Assembly (NCBI RefSeq): GCF_018977255.1
Contig: NW_024704743.1
Location: 31,188,001-31,252,000, forward strand
Direction: 5' to 3'
Source of the DNA: Callorhinchus milii
Taxonomy: Eukaryota
Length of the DNA: 64,000 nt
Each line of letters opens with the position of its first letter. Positions within the stretch are counted from its first letter, which is position 1. The position numbers and the translations under genes were made by a program. Below, piece by piece: positions 25,404 to 38,500 of this stretch. The notes below the pieces were generated by a model. It saw nothing but the letters and a program-made list of their open reading frames with translations. It was not told where the DNA came from and did no database searches.

Positions 25404-25757
25404 AAACAAAAACAGAGTCAACTTTCAGGTCCACGACCCTTCGTCAGAACTGGGGCATGTTGGGAGAGAGAGGCTTTTAAGGACTAACAGACAGGGGGGG
25501 GCGACAGGTCAAGGAAGACAAAGGAAAAAATGGGCTAGAGGACAGGGGATGATGGGGTAAATAGGTGTTAATGATGCAAAACAAAGGGGGGAATTGCAAC
25601 AAAACAGGGGAAAAGAAGTGTTAATAAAGCAAAACAACCTAAGGGAATTGCAATAAAACATGCAGACCAGAGAGAGAAAAGGTGTGTCTGGGACCCAGAT
25701 GATGTGGTAATGGTCGCAGGAGAGGGGGAGGGGAAAGGTGAGCTGTTATGGTCTGAA
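25404..25757 (-). mobile_element. Penelope-like element 3' fragment with hammerhead core
   Basis: Reverse complement starts TTCAGACCATAA (F-R-P-stop), runs through a pyrimidine-rich UTR, then CAGTT-CTGACGA-A-GGGTC-GTG-GACCT-GAAA-GTTGACT, homologous to 15203. Confidence 0.75.
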
Positions 25758-26010
25758 GGCAGGGCGAAACCTTGGGCAAGTTTCCTTACTCCACACGCCT
25801 AATAATAATCCCTCCGAAACTAAAAACAATAATAAAATTGGTCATTTTCAATCTACGACTGTTTGTGGGACACTGCTGTGAGCAATTGGCTGCAGCGTTT
25901 GCCCACAAATATACAGTCAATTCACTTTACAGTGTGTTCTGTGAAGCGCTTTGGGATGTCCTCCTGACGTGAAAAGCGCTATTCAAATGCAAGGATTATT
26001 ATTATTATTA
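25758..26010 (+). mobile_element. Young tRNA-SINE, short form, 5'-truncated
   Basis: Nearly identical to the copy at 61870 from GGCAGG onward. Confidence 0.92.
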
Positions 26011-27029
26011 ACTTGGGAACAAATGTTGAAAGCCAGAATGTTGTTCCAGTGTTCTAATCAACCAAATGCAGTCCAGGATCACACTTTGTAAAACAAGGTG
26101 TTTCAATAAAGTTTCAGTGTACTTAACAGTGCCTTCATTGGCTAAGGAGCACATACTAAAACGTCCACGTTCTTCATAAGCAGTCTAGAAAAATCATGAT
26201 CCAAACATAACATCTCTTGGAAAATTAGTTATGTATTTATCAGGGCTCAAGACACATTTTCTAACAACATTCATTTAAGCTTGCAATTTTATTCAGAGAA
26301 AATTGCTAATTGCTAATCTAAAGTCTAATAAATTAGTAAAGCGTTTGCTTTTCACAGTACTGCTTTCGTGTTTGAAAAAAAACAGCTAGCATGTGCAGGC
26401 CATTTTTCAATTAGTTAAACTGTATGAAGGAATGAAAATGCAGACACCAATGGCTGCAGTCATTCTTGGAACAGTATTTTCCCTAAAACATCAGTTTCCA
26501 AGAAAAACTTTCTGATCTTACAAATTCTCAAAACAGAGACCAAAACAGATTTTTTGTCTGACTCAGTGAGAACTCAATCATAGAAAAAGAGTCACAAATA
26601 AAAATAATCTTTCCAGCCATCCCAATGTGCTGCTCCAACCATTTACATCAACTCCTTAAATATCAGCAAAGACATTAAGGCACCATATACTGGTTTGTGC
26701 AGACAGATTTGATTAGTCACAAGAAATCTTTTTCTTCTATTAAGAGTTGTTGGCAACAATCTCTGTATCTGGAAGTCTTCCTCTCAGACATAACATTTAT
26801 ACAAAATTACAACAATTTGGCCTTACAAGAGGCTCTGCAGCTTCAACTCCATATGGCTTTCCATATTTCATAAGCAATTTAGGAATCAGAACAAACAGGT
26901 TGCTATATATTAAATACACGAGGGGTCATGGGATATTTCCATCCCCCATTATTTATCATCTTTTCCTGAAAGCATTAACTCCAGCAAGGGGATAGCTTTA
27001 CACATTCTGGCAGCCCTCTAATGCCACCA

Positions 27030-27165
27030 TCAAATGGCCACTCATTATATTTACATGGATACAGTAAGTATTAGCAGGCACAGGGAAAGCATCATACACT
27101 TATGGCCAAGACTGTTCCTGGCCTCACTTGATGTCCACACACATACTTTTTCCAGTAAGAATGTG
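27030..27165 (-). mobile_element. Ancient SINE fragment (AmnSINE2-like)
   Basis: Reverse complement CTGGAAAAAGTATGTGTGTGGACATCAAGTGAGG...GTGGCCATTTG. Confidence 0.5.
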
Positions 27166-27469
27166 TGGATAGAAAGCAAGAAGGGAATCATGGATGACCT
27201 TTGCCCTTCCTGATTTGGTGGAGGCGCGACCAATTCTCACACTCCAATTTCATCTTATCTTGAATCAGGTTACTCACCACAAATTGAGATACTGAAACAT
27301 TCACTTATTGCAATCTACTCCAATGTTAACCAGAAGTGTTATACAGTATAGCGGATTGTACCCACTCACACCTTCATGAGCTGGAGCTATTTCAATAGCT
27401 TGAATTACCTCCAAAAAATGGCATCTCAAATTTTTGATCCTCAAAATGTTGCCATTCATTATCATCGTA

Positions 27470-27870
27470 ATAATAATCTGTGCATTTGGTATAACGCCTT
27501 TCATATCAGGAGGACATCCCAAAAGCACTTCACAGGATGTACTGTAAAGTGCAGTGACTGTGTGTGTTTTGTGGTCAAACGTGGCAGCAAATTTGCACAA
27601 ACAGCCATGAAGTGAATGACCAATTTTATCTGGTTACGACACTGGGAAACCCCTCCTTCACTTTTCAAATAGTGCCAATGGATCTTTAATATCCACCTAA
27701 ACAGGCGGACATGGCGTAAGGTTAGCATCTCATCCTCCAACAATGCAGCACACTCCTCAGACTGCATCAGAATGTCAGCTTAGACAAGACGAGTTCCAAG
27801 ACCCAACGTGTGGCTTGAACCCATAACTTTCAACCCAGCGGCAAGAGTGCTACTAATTGAACAAGGCCAA
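27470..27870 (-). mobile_element. Deu-domain SINE, near full length
   Basis: Reverse complement is colinear with 10405; L2-type tail GGGATGTCCTCCTGATATGAAAGGCG. Confidence 0.8.
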
Positions 27871-27929
27871 CAACTGTCTCAGAGTGATTTCCTAGAGTGT
27901 TAAAAATATTCTGTTTGTCAGCTTAACTA

Positions 27930-28150
27930 AGATGGTAGCAACGTTGCCTCTGAATCAGCACCGTGCAAGGAATTGAATTCACAGTCTAAAGTGTCGCACT
28001 CGGGGATTGCTGCATTGTCAGACTCTCTACTTCAGATACGATGCAACACTGAGGTCCAAAATGCCTGGTCAAGTGGTTGTTCGAGATTCTATGACACTAT
28101 TCGAAAAACTAATGCAGTTCCTCCTGATATCCTGGCCAACAATCTACAAT
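27930..28150 (+). mobile_element. Deu-domain SINE fragment
   Basis: GCCTCTGAATCAG...GCTGCATTGTCAGA...ATGACACTATTCGAA...CCTGGCCAAC. Confidence 0.65.
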
Positions 28151-29807
28151 ATAATTGGACTTTCACCTCTTGGTTCTTTCTGAGCCTTGCTAGTACAAGG
28201 TGTTGCAAAGTTTATTGGCACATCACTACAACTGATGTTTCACCATTATAAAGCAACATAAATGAAAGTTCTTTCTTTCCCTCTGGACATATTGTAAAAA
28301 GAAAAGATCAGCAATGATAGATTGGTACGATAATATTTAACTTGGATATATAGACAATGTGTTTAAAACAGTGATATGAACTGAAAGTTTCAGACTACTT
28401 AAACATTGGGCAGATCATTGCAACTTGCCTTCCCAACAAAAAGAGACATCAAAATAACCCGAAGAGGGAAAATTTTAGTTTTTTTTAACAACTTAAGAGT
28501 AGTTTCAGCGAAAGGACTTCAATATGACTTAACTGAACTTCGCGGAAATGTTTACAACTAAAATCAACATACAGAGTTTAAATATAGAACAAGTCTGTTG
28601 CCATTCTTATGGATACCAAAAGCTGCAATATGGAATGGTCTAGGGAGAATGCTATCATAGCTACAGTGGCTTTTGATCACATATAATACTAAACATTCTT
28701 GAATACTTTAGTACTAATCTCAGATTCCAGACCTGCTCTTCCTTACTTATTTATTTACTTATTTATTCCCCAATATCACCATTGAATAGATTGTTCTGCA
28801 GCACAGCAATCAGAACACTAAGGCAAGGTTCCCTTTCCTACACTGTTGAGTCTTCATCTCAGATTTCCTGGACCTGCTTTCAGTTTAGTGTTTGGGAAGT
28901 GAGGCAGGAACATTTCGCAGAGTTAATTGCCTCTATTCCATCAGTGGGCATCTTGAGGAAATAGCTTGGTGTCTTCGTGCCAATACCTTTACCAATTCTA
29001 TGTCATCATGTAGTTCTGCAGAAATTACAGAAGATGCTGCCTCTGAAATCACAGCCCACATTGAACTGCACCAGAGTATCTTCATAATGATGCAGTTTCA
29101 CCAGTTTGTTTCAGAAGCAGATGTTGGGTTTTCTGTACATACTGTAATGCCCACTGTTATCTGCCCAGCGCTACTCCAACTAAGGAAACACCCCATATAC
29201 AACCAGCACAAAGAAATTTATGACCAGCAGAGGCAAACCACAAAAATACGTCCACCACTAACATTGCACAACTTACTAAACTGCTGTTCACCGCAATGCA
29301 TTTTGTAGGGTGTTATTAATCTGGAATAAATTGACTAAAGGTATGCATTACCCAGAAAATACTAAGCGGAGAGGTCAAATAGCATTTCTCTTCAACAGGA
29401 ACAATATTACCCTGAGCTCAGAGGAACAACAACAACAAATTAAATTTGTTTAGTGCCTTTCAAGGGCCTGGACAGTCAGGGCTTTGACAAGTAGATGTCT
29501 CACTGCTAGAAATAACTAATCTTCTGATGGCTGTTGATTTGCATGAGGCAGGATGCTTACTAATGCTGTGTTTCACTTACTTCCTTTTTGCAGAGAAACA
29601 TACCAGCCTATCTGTTCCCCCAAGGTTGCCAAGAAAATCCCAGTGCATAACAGATGACAATGCAGGTGTTTCTCATTGCCACTTAGAATGTAGTCTTAAT
29701 AGAATACTGTCTTTAGCAGGTATTTGTGGACCAGAGGTTAGATACTCTTAACTAGTGATGGATTTCCGCATGTGAGACACCCGGCTGACCAAAAATTTTT
29801 TTCTGGA

Positions 29808-30052
29808 ATGTGTGTGTGTGCGAGAGAGTGAGAGACAGAGAAAGTATGTGCGCCAGAGACACAGGGAAAGTGTGTAAGAGACAAAGTGTGTGTAGATAAA
29901 CAGACTAAGTGTGTAAGAAAGGAATTCAGAGAAAGTGTGTGTATATGAGACACACAGAGAAAGCGATTCTGTGTATGTGTATGCGTGCGTGAGTGTGAGG
30001 CACAGAGAAAGTATGTACGTGAGAGAGAGAGAGAGAGAGAGAGAGTGTGAGT
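29808..30052. repeat. Degenerate compound (GT)n/(GA)n microsatellite
   Basis: Read directly; pure (GA)n at about 30021-30045. Confidence 0.85.
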
Positions 30053-30127
30053 ATTTGGACAGGATTGAGATGAACTTTGACGTCCGGGCAGTGTCAACAG
30101 CCTGCTTGTATTCTGTATTGTATTGGC

Positions 30128-30365
30128 CTTCAACTCCATCCTGCAGTCCCTCCACCTCGCCCCCTCCCTTGCTTCCTTCAAGACCCGTCTCAAAACCCTT
30201 CTCTTCGACCATGCCTTCAGTCGCCCTCCTTTCCCCACCTGCTCTCCACCCACCCCAATCCCAACCCCCAACTCAGGTCCGAAACACTGATTATCCAGCG
30301 CCTTGGGACGTCCTCCCAATGTGAAAGGCGCAATACAAATGTAATTTTGTTGTTGTTTTTGTTGT
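30128..30365 (+). mobile_element. L2 LINE 3' end
   Basis: AACTCCATCC...TCAAAACCCTTCTCTTCGACC...CTTGGGACGTCCTCCC...(TTG)n. Confidence 0.9.
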
Positions 30366-31334
30366 ATTATATGTTTACAAAATACAGTAAGTACAGTTCA
30401 TAGTAAATCCTGTGAAGCATTTTGAGATGAGCTCTTGAGGTGAAGGGCACTCTATCAAATGCAAGTGCTATATGTAAGGATTATTATTATTTATCATTTA
30501 TTTATACTTGAAGGATTACTTAGGCAACGTACCAGTCTCAAGCGCTCTGAGATGCCATCCGGCGTGGAAGGCGCTATATAAATCCAAGTTGTTGTTGTCA
30601 TGATCAGTACCTGCACACACTCCAGAAATACCTGTAGACCCACTAATTTGTATGTTCCACAAACTGGAAGAATACTGTGCCCAGTGAGTACTCACAGGGC
30701 CTCCAGGTGATGAGGGTGGGAAAAGGAGGTCAAATTAGGGACGAGTAAAAGGCAAAAATACAAAAATGGAAAAAGTGCTTTAAAATGGTAACCCAATGGA
30801 GACAGCAGATAAATCAACACCTTTGCAAAGTAATAAAATATCTCAACTAAATTAAGACGTATAAATCATGTGTTTTATTTGCACTCTATATCATTTTTTA
30901 AACCTCTGTCAAATTAGGAAAAGAGCTAAAATAGGTGGTTTTATCGGTGCACCTTATTTAGTTATAGATCAATAACAGTGCAATTGGAGACAGCACAATA
31001 CCTAATTGGATCACTGCTGTATAATGCCGGTTTACGATGTTATTATGCTGTGAATATCCTATTCAAATTAATCTTCAAAAGAAACTTAGAATGGGTTGTA
31101 ATAAATCTCCAATTATAATGTATGTAGAAGATACAGACTGAATACATATTTGGCATATATTCCTCAAATAAGTGGACCATGTCAAATAGTGGACCACACA
31201 GCAAATTCCAACAAGTTTCCAGTTATAACCCAGGTGAAACTTGGAGGCAAACATACAACAGATTGAAGACGTGCAGCACATAGTGGCATCTTCTCGTGAC
31301 AGCCATAAAACTCATTTGGTTTGTCGTACAACAC

Positions 31335-31570
31335 AAATAAAAAATTACATTTATATAGTGCACTTCATAGATGCTGGACAGTTCAGGGTTTGCACACAAG
31401 CTGGAGGTGGAGACTGGGTCGGGGGCACAAGGTGGGAAAAGATGGCTGAAAGTGCAGGTAAAGAGGAAGGTCTCGAGAAGAACCTTGAAGGAGGAGATTT
31501 GAGATTGAGACGAGAGGCGATTGACAGTGCAAAGGTGGCAGAAACATCAAGAGAAATGAGGAGCTAGAGA
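31335..31570 (-). mobile_element. L2 fragment with internal deletion
   Basis: RT segment ([11 protein letters not shown]) joined almost directly to the L2 3' end. Confidence 0.65.
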
Positions 31571-31699
31571 GAGTCCTGGTTACAGAGAAAGAATATCATA
31601 GATGTGATTACAGGGACCATTCCTGTTGTTGGTTGAGGTCACTTATGAGTGGAAGCAGTGTGGTTGCTGGAAGACGATTTGCTTCAGCATCAGCATCCA

Positions 31700-32553
31700 A
31701 GGCTGCACTCTCCACCTCGCAAAGCCAGTCAGGAACCTCGGCGTTTTGTTCGACCCTGAGCTGTCCTTTCTCCCTCACATCCGCACCACAACTGGCACCG
31801 CCTTCCATCACCTCCGGAACATCGCCAGACTACGGCACTACCTCACCCCTCACGCTGCTGAAACTCTGGTCCACGTCTTTTGTCACCTCAAGGCTGGACT
31901 ATGGGAACTCTCTCCTCGCCGGCCTTCCCGCCACCTCCCTCCACAAGCTGCAGGTCATTCAGAACTCTGCAGCTCGTGTACTGTCCCGCACCAGGCTTCG
32001 GGAACACATCACTCCCACCCTCGCTCACCTCCACTGGCTCCCCATCCCCCAGAGGATCGAATTCAAGATCCTCATCCTCACCTACAAGGCCATTCACGGC
32101 CTTGCTCCCTCCTACCTCTCCGACCTACTATCCCCTACCTACCTGCCCGTACCCTCCGTTCCTCTGGCTCCGGTCTGCTCCACGTCCCCCGCCCCAACCG
32201 CCCTACCATCGGTGGTCGGGCCTTCAGCCTCTCAGCCCCCAGGCTCTGGAACTCCATCCCCCAGTGCCTTCGCCGCCTCCTCCCTTTCCTCCTTCAAGGC
32301 CGGTCTCAAAACCTTTCTCTTTGACCGTGCCTTCAGCTCCCCTCTCGACTCTCTTCCCCCTCCTCGCTCCCTCCCTTCCCTCCCCTCACCCTGACCATTT
32401 CCCCCCTCCTCGCTCCCTCCCTTCCCTCCCCTCACCCTGACCATTTCCCCCCTGCTCGGGTCATGACCCAACTGTGCAGCGCCTTGGGACGTCCTCCTGA
32501 CGTGAAAGGCGCTTTATAAATGGAATCTTGTTGTTGTTGTTGTTGTTGGTGTT
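31700..32553 (+). mobile_element. L2 LINE 3' end, well preserved
   Basis: [15 protein letters not shown]...LRNIARLR, one frameshift, then [16 protein letters not shown]...[15 protein letters not shown]...; (GTT)n tail. Confidence 0.95.
32354..32452. repeat. About 46-bp tandem duplication in the L2 3' UTR
   Basis: TTCCCCCTCCTCGCTCCCTCCCTTCCCTCCCCTCACCCTGACCAT occurs twice, plus a partial third copy. Confidence 0.9.
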
Positions 32554-33594
32554 GATGCACAACTCCTCTAATACATGGGTGAAATAAAGATAGCTGCCAG
32601 AATTTAAACACTGAACATCCTGTGTTATGTTCAGAGGCTGTACAAAATGAGTTCTATGGAATTTGCATCTCACGGACTGAACAAGTAACTTCTAGTATAA
32701 TTGTAACAATCTTTGCTTTTTATCTAAAATATCCCTGACAGTTAAATCAACATTAAGGAGTTAAATGCCAGACTCAGTTTCTTCCAGAAGTGTAAAATTA
32801 ATGAAGTTAAATTGGAATTTAGTTAAATATAGGTATGTGACAATATTTATCTTATTAATGTAAACTATGAAATACCAGAAACTGCCAGTAAAACAACCCA
32901 ACATAAACAAGGAACTATATGGTCGGCCAGGACTGAAGTGGCACTTCAGGTTGAAAGTATAAGAAATGGACATTCCCATTAGATGCATTTTAAAGTAAAA
33001 CAATTGATAAGAGACAAGCAATTGCATAAACATTGGTTGCTAGATCCAGTTTACTCCAGCACTAAGAGGAACCAGACAAGTATGAGGTTACTGTGTCAAA
33101 TTAACAATATTTATAAGCAAGGCATCTCAGCAGCTCACAAGATCATGGTTAAAAATCCTCCAAATGTAATTGGTCATTCACGAAAACAACTTAAATTTGT
33201 GTAGCGCATTTTGCGGCTGGAGGACGTCCCAAGGCATCTTCTCACTCCCATTGGCCCCCACGCTTCTCAAATTCTCTACATGGTTGTTCGTGAGATATTG
33301 CTGTGCGCAAATTGGCTGCCACTTAGACAATAGACAGTCATGGCACTTGAGAGTATGTTCTGTGAAGCACTTTGGGATGTCCTCCCAATGTAAGACAATA
33401 TCCAAATGCAAGGATTGTGTAAGAATTAGATAAATGCACCACTTGGTGTGGAATTGAAGCTTACACTTCCCACGCCCACCGGCCCCCACCCTTCTTGAAT
33501 CCAAACGCCAACACGGGTGAAAATCCTTGACTATCCAGCGCCTTGGGATATCTTCCCAACATGAAGGGTGCTACGCAAATGCAATTGTTGCTGT

Positions 33595-33795
33595 TGAGTT
33601 AGTTGATCTCAGTTGGGGAGAGGGGGCTACAATCAGACTCTGTTCACATGTCTCAAAATGAAAATAAATCAGCCAGCTGACTGCTTCTAAAAGCGCATGT
33701 AAACAGATATTGGGCTCAGCTTTGATGCAATTTTTGGATGTAGTTCCTGCTACTCAGTGGCTTGGCTCATACATGAATGGTACTTGGGCAATGTG
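33595..33795 (+). mobile_element. Ancient SINE fragment (AmnSINE2-like), preceded by an L2 tail at 33465-33595
   Basis: GAGTTAGTTGATCTCAG...GGGGCTACAAT...AAATCAGCCAG...CATGAATGGTACTTGGGCA. Confidence 0.55.
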
Positions 33796-34361
33796 CCAAT
33801 TTTTGTGTCTCATTCACGAGTTCAGGTATCAATTTCTAATTTATGCCAATGGCATTCTGATACTTGAGCAAAGGTTTGGAGCCTGCTCACAGCTTGTAGG
33901 TGACATTGCAATCTGGATCTCACACATGAACTCAATTATTGCATCAAATAAGCAGCAGAATCTTGACAACCAGGACAAATGGCCAAATCAGTGGAGAATT
34001 CCATCAAACTCAAGGAAAGCCCCAGTATATGTTCCTCTCCAAAAAAGAAAAAACACAGTAAGAAGGATGTAAGAATTGAACTTTTCTTCAAACCCATTAA
34101 GATTGCTAAATCACAGAAGAAATTACTGGGAATAACTTTCAAAAAGGAATCTGAGAGAAAGTACTTCAATAACATTATCTTGAACAAGGCTGAACTGACT
34201 TTAAATCCTTTGTGTAGTAAGTACATTTGGAGGCAAATGAGGAAACCAATTTGCACACAATGTTCCACAAACAGCCAGGAATGGAATGACCAATTTAATG
34301 TGAAGGATTGTTGACCAGGACACTGGGACAAACGTCATTCTCTTTTTGAACACAGGATATT

Positions 34362-34535
34362 TATAATAATAATCCTTGCATTTGATATAGTGCTTTTCAC
34401 ATCTTCTCAACATCTCAAAGCACTTCACAGAATAGACTGTAAAATGAATTGAATGTATATTTGTGGGCAAAACGTGGCAGCCAATTGCACACAGCAGTGT
34501 CCCATAAACAGTCGTGGATTGAAAATGACCAATTT
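34362..34535 (-). mobile_element. Young tRNA-SINE, 3' half
   Basis: Reverse complement of the SINE tail and body. Confidence 0.88.
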
Positions 34536-34864
34536 AATGTTCATCTGATGTCAAAAAAACAGAGAAAAGTTTCCTGCATATCAGAAATGAATGTATCCAT
34601 GAGGCATAGAATAATTTACACTGATGGGCAAGAAGGGCAATGTGCTACGTCTGTAAAAATGCATTGTTGGTCAATTTGCAGTAAAGTGTACATGCCTGCC
34701 TAGATCAGCCTCAGTGGAAATAGTTTCATCTCTAATGAAAGTTTGAGTGACTGGAAACATTGGGATACATATTTGCTCTCAGATCACAATCAGATGGGTT
34801 GGTTCAGACCAACATCATCTCTCTTTCCCAAAAGATCAGAAGGCTATAGGTTAAAGCACTACAT

Positions 34865-35225
34865 TGGGGCTTTTGAGCTCACAACTAGACAATACCCTAA
34901 TGTATAACTGCAGGAGTGTTACATTGTCAGAGGTGTCATGCTTCAGATGAGATGTATAGCCGAGCTCCTGTTTACCTGTTAAGTCGAACATTAAAGATCC
35001 TATGACACTATTCAACAAGAGAAAAGGAGTCTCTCTCAGTGCCCTGGCCAACAGTCCTCAAAATGAACTTGGTTATTCATCTCAAGGCTGTTGCGGGTCT
35101 ATTTTGTGTGCAAAACAGCTAATGCATTCACCTATAAATGTAATCACTTTATTCAACCGCAAGTACTGTGAAGTGCTTGAAAAGGTTTCTATGTGATAAG
35201 GTGCTACATAAAAAAAGTGCAAGTA
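34865..35225 (+). mobile_element. Deu-domain SINE
   Basis: ATTGTCAGAGGTG...CAGATGAGATGT...TAAAGATCCTATGACACTATTCAA...CCTGGCCAAC. Confidence 0.75.
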
Positions 35226-38189
35226 ATTTGTTTATTTGACGAACATACAGAAAGTGCTTCATATCATGCAACTAAGTATGAACGAATGAAGAAATGATCA
35301 CAGCAAACTTAACCTAGGACACAGCAAATTAAAGAATGTGTCTCTTTCCTCTCCCCAAATTTAACAGCATCTCCAAAACAGTTTGCAAAATTACTGTAGC
35401 TTTCGAATGACATTGAAATATGTTCCCTATTTAATGGCTGCAGTAATCTCATTGATTAAAAACGCCTTTGCATTAGTCATTTGTCACCTGACAATTATCC
35501 AACCGCAATTCATTAGAGCAAAATTATCCACTTCCGACATTCTGATAAACTACGTATAATTTTTAAATGAGCTACAACTGTTCAGCTAAACGTAGACTCT
35601 GAGGTAGGTATCATTTGGATAACACATTAATTCATTACCACAAACAATGTTAAGTACTGTGGTAATTATAACTAACATAACTTTTTGGAAAAAAAAGTAT
35701 TTGATATAAAAATAATCTTTACTAATACTGTATTACAACATATTAATTTCACTACATTTTCAGAGATTCAAGTGTCTGATGAGTGTATCACTAATCACAT
35801 AGCAATGTACTTGCGCACTAAGTTGTCCCTCATAATTCTTTGGAAACGACCCCTATGAACACCCTACCTCTTGATCAGGAAATTGATAATAATCAAAATC
35901 CAAATTACCTGTAAAGTGATTTGAGACCTTGACATTATTGGAGTTATATTAAGTGTAAGAATTATTATTATTTTCATCATCTTGTGTTTCACCTTCAGGT
36001 TTATCATGCCATAAACTGAACAACATTCCCAGTTTAGCACAACATTGTCTCATCTCTCTTGTATAATGAAATAAATAATCCTCCCTTCCATCATCGGCTG
36101 TTATTTTTACTTTCATTGAATACTTTTTTCAGTTCTTACTGTTGAAACATTTCCATAATTTCAGAATAAAAGCAGTTCCCAAATGGGTTTTAACTTCTTT
36201 TTTGCCCACTGTAAAAAGGAAGTGGAAGCAGCATTAAATATCAATTTAAACAGGCATTCCAAAGCTTTTCTTCCCTTTTCTGCAGAGGTTCAGCTCAAAC
36301 ATGATAATGCGTAATAAACGATCAATCATTTCTTATCACATTGTTCTGGATACCTTGTTCATTTCAAGTAAGCTACACCACACCATTCATCCACATCACC
36401 AATGCATTGCATATAGAACCACATAAATTGATTTACAATTTTTTAAAATAACAAATGAAAAATACTCTCGCAATAGGATTACTAGCAGTGAGGACTGAAC
36501 AAGATCCAGGGCCCAGACTCTCCCCATAGTAACCAGATCCATTCAGATTCCTAGACTCTGAAGTCAGATTATTCATGGTCAGAACACTGTACTGACAGGC
36601 ACTGCCACAGGCTCCTTTTGTCTAGTTTACAGAGGTTCTGTGCTTGAACGAGTTAGCGAGGTATTTTACAGCATCAGGCCACTTCAGTATGGCTGCTACT
36701 TTTTATTATTACTATCAGTAAATGTATATTACATAGACTAGATCAGACAATCATGGAGAACATAGAGTGCTATGATAAAGTGTACAATTTCTCAGCCACA
36801 GGATGAACACCATGCCTTCTAAATTCATGAAAGCCTGTGGTCATTAAAACGTGTCTACACCTCATTTAAATAAGCGAATGAGGTTAGCTTGCAGCTGAAT
36901 ATCCTTAACTCAGGACATCATTTTTATCCAATGCTCAAGAGTTCAACTTTTGGGGATATGCAGGTCATGTCATTAGGAAAAAAAGATACAAGCCAATTAT
37001 TTTTGTATCTCTAATTAGAACCTGACATTACCCGCAATGGCTTACAGGAATGAAACACTGAAGATTTCTCAGCACTCTAAATAGCAGCCGCTTTCCAAGT
37101 TTGTGATCTGTAATGTGAAAATCAGCTCAAGTTTACTCATATTGGGAGCATGAATTTCAATATCTGTAACATCAAGTTCAGATAATGTCCCTGACAGTCA
37201 TTTCGCAAAAGGTGATTTGCCTCATCTGGAAAAATCTTTTTCAAAGGGCATGCAGCTAGGCAACCATTTGTTTTAGTTTGTTCTCTAGCTAAAAAATACA
37301 TTAAATGCCCTTAATTAAGTTATCAAACCAAATGTGAAGAATTCCAGATTGTGTTTAGCCCAGAACATAATTAAAAACACCCGCAATCCTCTATGTACAT
37401 GTGATTGCACACGGTTAAATCAACCTGCAAACTAGACTTCACTAATGAAATGCCCCAAAAATTATGGATCTGTGGATTCTTGCATGTTCAACAAGAATAA
37501 CATTTTGAAATGTCTTCAAATAATGAATGCCCCAACTCCCATGTCTAACAACCATAACACTAGCAGAGCTGATGCAAAGTAAGATGTAGGTTTTCTTTTA
37601 ATTTGCTGATCTACATTGTTGAAAAGAAAACTTATATGACTTACGTAAGATATAAAAATCTCTGTCACCTCATAAATCATCCGTCAATTGTAACAGCAAT
37701 TACTGGGGACAACTTATTTTGGTCAGATTTGTAGAGTTTGTCACTTTAAGAGCCGGGAATGATCAAACACTTACAGAATCTGCTGGCTTTCATTTGGTAA
37801 TACACTATGTTGTATGGAAATATAATTTGATGTTTTCCATGCAAAAAAATTTATGTTTTCCATTACAGATTACTGAGACCTGCAAACCTCAGGCTGTAAC
37901 CTTTAACTGAACACCACATTGATCAAAAGCAATATCTAATATGTTACAGCCTAGTCAAATGGAATGAAGCTTTTTCTTCTGTTCTTTGGTAGGGTAGCAA
38001 AGCAATCATTACCAGATATGAATGCTATCTTGCTCATAATAGCATGTGTCCAGCATTGCAACCTCATTACCAGACAATAGAAAAACTGCTAATGTTTATG
38101 AATTAATCCACTGTTGGCTGACTAAATCCCAAATAAGGCAAAATCAAGCAGATGGAGGACTGACAATGTGAATAAGAGAGAACATTATA

Positions 38190-38500
38190 TAATAATAATA
38201 ATCCTTACTATTTGACATATCACCTTATTACTGTGTCGTTGAGACATCAAAGCGCTTCACAGAATATATTGTAAAGTGTATTCTGCAGACAAAATGTAGC
38301 AGTCAATTGTGCATAGCAGTGCCCTACAAACATTTGGATGGAGTGACCAAATTATTTTGTGGGGAGGGAGGAATTATTACCCCCAGAAAGCGATCTGGCA
38401 ATCGACTAACAACCAGGTACCTACTTACTGCTAGGTAAACAGAGGCGTTTGGAGTAAGGAAACTTGCCTAAGGTTTCACCCTGCCCAGGAATCGAACCTC
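38190..38500 (-). mobile_element. Young tRNA-SINE, long form
   Basis: Reverse complement is colinear with 20600. Confidence 0.88.

Noticed and set aside
25772..25972. Recurrent short [18 protein letters not shown]..., also at 41722, 51491 and 61948
   Set aside because: Translation of SINE sequence from a non-ATG start; not a gene family.
28780..29308. 138-aa ORF and nearby frames
   Set aside because: No recognisable homology or splice structure.
29738..30324. ORFs of 129-193 aa
   Set aside because: Arise from the GT/GA microsatellite and an L2 tail.
33979..34314. Lys-rich 111-aa ORF
   Set aside because: No recognisable domain, A-rich composition, and its end runs into a SINE fragment.
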